Below are positions 23,330 to 28,329 of a DNA stretch of 28,329 nt, in pieces (within the stretch, counting starts at the first letter, position 1; the number at the start of each line of letters is the position of its first letter). The DNA lies in assembly GCF_006345805.1 (NCBI RefSeq), contig NW_021833568.1, positions 1 to 28,329 on the forward strand, written 5' to 3'. The position numbers and the translations under genes are program-made. Under the pieces are notes generated by a model, which saw only the letters and a program-made list of their open reading frames with translations, ran no database searches and was not told the origin of the DNA. The stretch comes from Octopus sinensis. Its lineage: Eukaryota.

Positions 23330-23660
23330 AGCTTATAACAGAATCCTGTACAAATACTTGTACACCTTCTATGGTATACTATTGCCTTATGGGGCACCCA
23401 TTGCTCTTGCCTTCTTCACACAGCTATCTGATTGGTGTTGGTTTAAATCACTTTGCTGAAATTTGATTCCTAGCTTCATTCGATATTTCAAACCCTCCAT
23501 GAGCTGGAACTGCTGGCCTTGCTGTGGGTCACTGTAGGGATCCTGTATATACCTGTCTAGTTCATCTTCAGTACATTTTACACTACTTCATTTTGCATCT
23601 GCAAATAGATTCCTATTAACATCATAAGGGTTCTGAAGGAGTTTTTCTCTAATTCAACCT
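23330..23660 (-). mobile_element. Hero-like relic homologous to 11020-11320
   Basis: Colinear DNA similarity, e.g. AAGCTTATAACA, GGGTCACTGTAGG, CATAAGGGTTCT. Confidence 0.7.
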
Positions 23661-23694
23661 CATTTCCTGTTTCAGTTGTTGCAGTCAGAGTGGA

Positions 23695-23960
23695 TGGTCT
23701 CTTTTTCAACCCTGCTCCAGACATAATAATCCATGGGATTACAATCAAGGCAATTAGGAGGCTAAACATGGGTTCATGGAAGCCGTATAAATTCTCGGAC
23801 AGTCACTTCTGATTCTTCTTGCTGGTATGGAAAGGAACTGCATTCTGCTATCATGTATAAGGCCTTCGAACAGCGACCGTGTCCAGCCAGATTTGACCAC
23901 CGTCTCTAGGAGCATTAACAGCCATCTGAATTGAACTTAAGGCTGTGTTCAAAGACGTCA
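23695..23960 (-). mobile_element. maT/DD37D-type Tc1/mariner transposase relic
   Basis: Minus RPYT**QNAVPFHTSKKNQK*LSEN...PPNCLDCNPMDYYVW, matching QQDSAPxH / WPPNSPDxNPxDYxVW. Confidence 0.75.
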
Positions 23961-24764
23961 GCTTCAATGGAGACACATCTGAAGACATGCTGGCCACTGC
24001 TTCGTAAACTCCGTTGCAGCTTTACAATGTTTACAGAGTATTGAACAGCAGCCATGATGTTGACATTTTGATACATGGTATTTGTGCATCATAATACAGG
24101 TAAATCTTTCCCAGTCTCCAGTGATCTTCCAATCCTGTATGTCAGCTAAAATTTTCTCAATTACATTTTTCATCTTTATAATGTCCATCGACATTGATTG
24201 TTCATAAATGCATACTGTTATCTCTGAAAAAATGTGACATAAACAGTTATCAAATTTATTGAGAACATATTGTAACTGTGCTATGCGTAAGAAATGATAT
24301 TCTCTTCTCATGTCTAGAAATTACTAACCAAAATTCTTCTCATCTTCCAGTATTCCAATGTTAACCAGCATGATCATTATATGATCTACTCACAAACAAC
24401 TGACACATCATTTCAAGTAAGATAAGCATTTGCCTGCCGTCTTTCTTAATTGTTGCTGTTGGTAGTTGTTCATAAAACCGCCCTTATCTACAGTTCACCA
24501 GAGTGTCATCTGATACAGGAAACGTTTGAAGACATTTCAATGTCGCTCATTCCCCTTAAAGACATAATTCTCAACAGATGAAATGGAACAGAAAATTATT
24601 TCAGGTGTTCTAAAATACTTTATATTTTCACAAACCCTCATTAACTACATATCAATTGTCATTCACACATTATTACAGGAAAAATAGCTGAAATGGTAAT
24701 TTATCCATATTCCCAACTATGCCAAACTTGGTGATTATTTTCCGAAATTTCAGTAATATTCATA

Positions 24765-25150
24765 CCATCATCCATTATCCATTCTGGCGTGGGTTGAATG
24801 GCCAGGAACTAGCCAGGCCAGGTGTTGCACCAGGTTCTATAATCTCTTTTCTGTTGGTTTCTATGGCTGGAGACCCTTCCTTACACCAACCACTTTACAC
24901 AATATGCTGCATGCTTTTTTCGTTTCACCAGCACTAGTGCATTTTTACCAGCACCAGTTCAGCACCCATTCTAATCCTTTTTATGTGGTACCTTAATTTT
25001 AGGATCTCAATTCAGTTAGGGTGGGCAGGTCTTTTCGAGTACAGTAATGCGCTCCATATTTCATCTCTGTCATTTGTTTCGTAAGGCTCAGTGTTTTGAG
25101 ATCGGCCTTCAACATTTCGTCCAATGTCTTCCTGGGTCTCCTTCTCCCAC
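24765..25150 (-). mobile_element. RTE-related repeat fragments
   Basis: Reverse of the GGTTGGTGTAAGGAAGGG...AGCCATAGAAACC motif, plus a GRPRKTLDEMLK-like RTE C-terminal piece. Confidence 0.5.
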
Positions 25151-25399
25151 ATCATCCCTAATCTCTTTCTCAAACATTGATGCTGTTAATCTTGAATTTC
25201 AACTTCTTGCTTCCCAGTTAACCAGAATGTCAGCTGATTCAGGAAATATTTGAAGACATCTGAATATCATTCATATTCCTTAATGAAGCAGATATCTTTC
25301 CAGGTGAGCGAGGATTAGTTCTACACAGGTCGAACAGCTAAATAATAATAACAGGTGTCTTAAAACACTATACATTTGTATCAAATACCATTAACTACA

Positions 25400-26064
25400 T
25401 GCAACTGGTGAGCAACATGTTACTCTAAGGAATATATCTTAAATGGTATGTAAGAAGTGATTCTCAAAAATATTTAAGCAAGACGGAGATGCAGATCAAA
25501 CTGGAAGCGACAAATCTGATATTTGTTCAGACACTTTGGCGTATCTACTGCTTATAATTCTTACATCTGTGACAAGGTATGTATCAATTCCTCGTTTCCT
25601 ACCAGACAGCAAGCTAGCACACCATCGTCCTAATCTTTATATAGGCTTGTCTTTAACATTTGGTCTCGTTTCTCCTGTTATTTTTGAAATTTACTTGCTT
25701 CTGCTTATATTTGACAAATGACAGACTGCATTACGTATTTACTTTAACCTTCATTCTTCACCAAGTAATTACTTAATCCAGAACTATTTGCATATCTTTG
25801 GGTCTCTTGTTAGTATTGTGATGTCATCCATGGAGTCTTTTTAGATGAATCCACTTGAGCCGTTTCTTATGATCAACCTGCTGATCATAAAGTCTCCATC
25901 ATAAGCAGAAAATAAATGCTGTACAAACTACAGCAATTCCAATCTCAAAAAGGTGCCAGTCTGTTGTGAAGTTTTCTTTCATGAAGCACATTTTGAAATT
26001 GTTATAGCAAACCCCATCACATGCTTAATCTTTTCGCATATATAAAAGAAGTCTATTGCTTCCA
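25400..26064 (-). mobile_element. Hero-like relic homologous to about 9940-10640
   Basis: Colinear DNA similarity, e.g. GCAAGACGGAGAT..AGATCAAACTGGA, TGACAGACTGCATTAC, CATTTTGAAATTGTTATAGCA. Confidence 0.75.
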
Positions 26065-26138
26065 TTAATAATTTTTGTGGTCATTAACTAAGTTTTGTGC
26101 CACTTTCTCAAGGGGCTGCTTTTTTGTGGCACTCGAGT
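26065..26138 (-). pseudogene. Degenerate copy of the death-domain first exon (donor lost, in-frame stop)
   Basis: ttttacaag|AC TCG...; xSSATKKQPLEKVAQNLVNDHKNY* aligns without gaps to xTKKLKEKDLLKVARQLGSD; the upstream intron is homologous to that of the other copies. Confidence 0.65.
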
Positions 26139-26559
26139 CTTGTAAAATTCTTATTTGTATTGATAATCTTTCTACAATGCGCAATGAGAAACCACTATGG
26201 CTTCGGTTAACATTTTCATATTTTCTACAGATTTCCTATGTAATAGCTCAATATTATGTCCACAACAAAATGGACCAACCTTCCTAAATCTCCTCTTTCT
26301 ATTAAGATGCTCTACATAATCTAACAATGTGGCAATTATCTCATTTAATTATCACTTGACAACCCCGCTTTATCTATTTTACCAAACATGTTAACCATGA
26401 CTTTATGAAATTTCAGTAATATTTTTAATGCAATTACTTTAGAGCTAACCTTTCAAATGGAAATTAGAGATGGGATCTGTTCTCCACCATTCTAATACGC
26501 AAAATAGCTGAGGTGAATGTAAAATCTATAGAAATTAATTAAGTTCTCTAATTCTAAAC

Positions 26560-26610
26560 TCATCACTGTGTCTGACACTGTCTGCACTTCCTTCTCTTCA
26601 AACTTTGGAT
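26560..26610 (-). CDS. Candidate short linker exon derived from the death-domain first exon; donor uncertain
   Basis: atttcaag|AT CCA AAG TTT GAA GAG AAG GAA GTG CAG ACA GTG (DPKFEEKEVQTVSDTVM). The homologous donor position reads ATGAGT; the GT 4 nt downstream gives a 51-nt phase-1/1 exon. Confidence 0.45.
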
Positions 26611-27691
26611 CTTGAAATATGGTTTCAAGTTTTAGATTATTAATAGCACAATTTCTTTTATTATAATAATCTTATTTTATTATGAGAGACATTCATATCT
26701 TCAATGGCCAGCCAGCGATCATAATGCTTTTGGTCAATATTTTTATACTTTCAACAGTGGACCCATGTATAGCCAATATTTAGCTCCAAACGAACTCTAG
26801 TTGATCTTTGTAAATTTCCTCTCTCTGTTAAGATATCCTACATAATCTAACAATGTTGTAATTATATCACTTAATTATCACTTAATAACAGTTTATCTGT
26901 AGGTTTTGGTTTCCTTGCTTATATCTATAACCCTAAATGTATTCTCAAAACTCTAATCTTCACTAACAACCTGTTTAATTCCAGTGTCAACAAATTTATT
27001 CATCAAAGATATAACAACAAACACATGTCACAACCACTTCAAGAAGGAGAAACATACTCTTAATCTCTTTGTTAAACATTGTTGCTGATAATCCCTAATT
27101 TTAACTTCACAGTTCACCAGAATGTCATCTCATTCAGGATATATTTGAAGGTTTCATGATCTGGTTGCTTGACAAAACAAAACTGTCTCTATTAGCCTTA
27201 TATCCTCCAATTACAAACATAACAACATGGAATTGTGTGTTAAAGTCTCTCAAACTAGTGACATCTATTTTACTCCTTTAAACTATTCTACTGATTTAAT
27301 ACTTTACCAAAGATGACACTGATGTCCTTGTAAGTACTGTTGTATTTACTTATCTTCTAATAACTCCTAATTAATTATAGTGTTGACGGAGATTTATTGA
27401 TACTTCAGTTACTCACTAATTATCTTGCAGAATCCTCCATTATCTTTATGTTGCAGACTACAACCCTCTTGAAGTGTGACATGTTTCCTACTTGGATAAG
27501 GTCAATGTTTGGTGGATGTAGTGTGAGAGATATAATATTACAGAGAACAGACACCAGGAACACCTTTATTCATAAATCTGCCAGATTATGGCAGACCTCT
27601 GTCTACATAACAACATGAAGTATATTATTCTATACAATAAGGGCAATGGGACAAGCAGGACAAACAGACAGATCAGCAAAGATTTTCTTAC

Positions 27692-27831
27692 CATCTCCAG
27701 TTCTGCTCGTTACAGGTTTCCCGCACTTCAGACATCGTTTAAGTGAGATTTTCGAACATGTTTCACATGTGACAAAATGCCCGCATGGAAGAAATTTTAT
27801 TGTGGCCGTTTTATTTCTGCACCACAAACAC
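27692..27831 (-). CDS. RING-finger exon (C3HC4, Mind bomb/IAP type) of a RING + death-domain protein
   Basis: ttctacag|G TGT...GAT G|gtaaga (140 nt, phase 2 to 1); CLWC-x11-CGH-x3-CETC-x7-CLKC with all 8 ligands. Upstream exons were not found in the window. Confidence 0.9.
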
Positions 27832-28329
27832 CTGTAGAACAAAATAGAAACATATCAAACCAATAACATTCATTTATAAGAAATATTAGAAATATTACAT
27901 TATGTACATGTTTGGAGTAGAGAATATTATGAGACGCTCCAGTGACAAGCAAGAGTACATCAGAAATTCTTCTTTAAACAATTACATACATACAGAATTG
28001 TGTGTAGTTAAATGGCATGCTCACAAACACACACACATACATACATACACACACATGCATACACACATTCATAAATGTTTGTCTTGACCCTGACACATCA
28101 TAGAAATTGGTTGACACACAGTGAACTGCATATATTCCAGAAATATATTTCACTTCTAACATCGAACTCATTTCTTCTGAACAAATATATCTACACAGAT
28201 TTCTTATATACACATACTTTATTATATACACTTTATTATATATATCCCGTCTCCACAGATTAGCAGATGAGGTTTCCAGTACTGCAGAGTGCAGAAATTA
28301 CCCGAATCTAGTACAGGTCAACTAGACAC

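Noticed and set aside
23964-24311. 115-aa Cys/His-containing ORF as a zinc-binding exon
   Set aside because: Ligand spacing fits no known finger and I found no convincing splice sites; probably a decayed retroelement.

Overview
AT-rich, repeat-dense, intron-containing animal DNA. The SINE families and the C2H2 zinc-finger style look like Octopus (coleoid cephalopod); this is an inference from pattern recognition. The one plausibly live gene is the 3' part of a minus-strand gene encoding a MIB/IAP-type C3HC4 RING (exon 27692-27831) joined to a C-terminal death domain (exons 22986-23057 and 20476-20681). The death-domain first exon and its flanking intron occur four times (26560-26610, 26065-26138, 22986-23057, 8404-8475). 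A decayed tandem paralog (ankyrin-end remnant, RING-like exon, intact death-domain exon) lies at 8.4-12.2 kb. A minimal type I hammerhead-ribozyme fold (minus, 3951-3995) sits in a ~352-bp-period direct repeat, resembling a retrozyme or Penelope pLTR. The rest is a near-complete DD34D mariner, older mariner/maT/Merlin relics, two CR1/L2-group RT copies, Hero-like and RTE relics, SINEs, a HINE-like element, a MITE, a C2H2-ZNF pseudogene, a 371-bp palindrome and microsatellites. Boundaries of old repeats are approximate, and no database searches were run.
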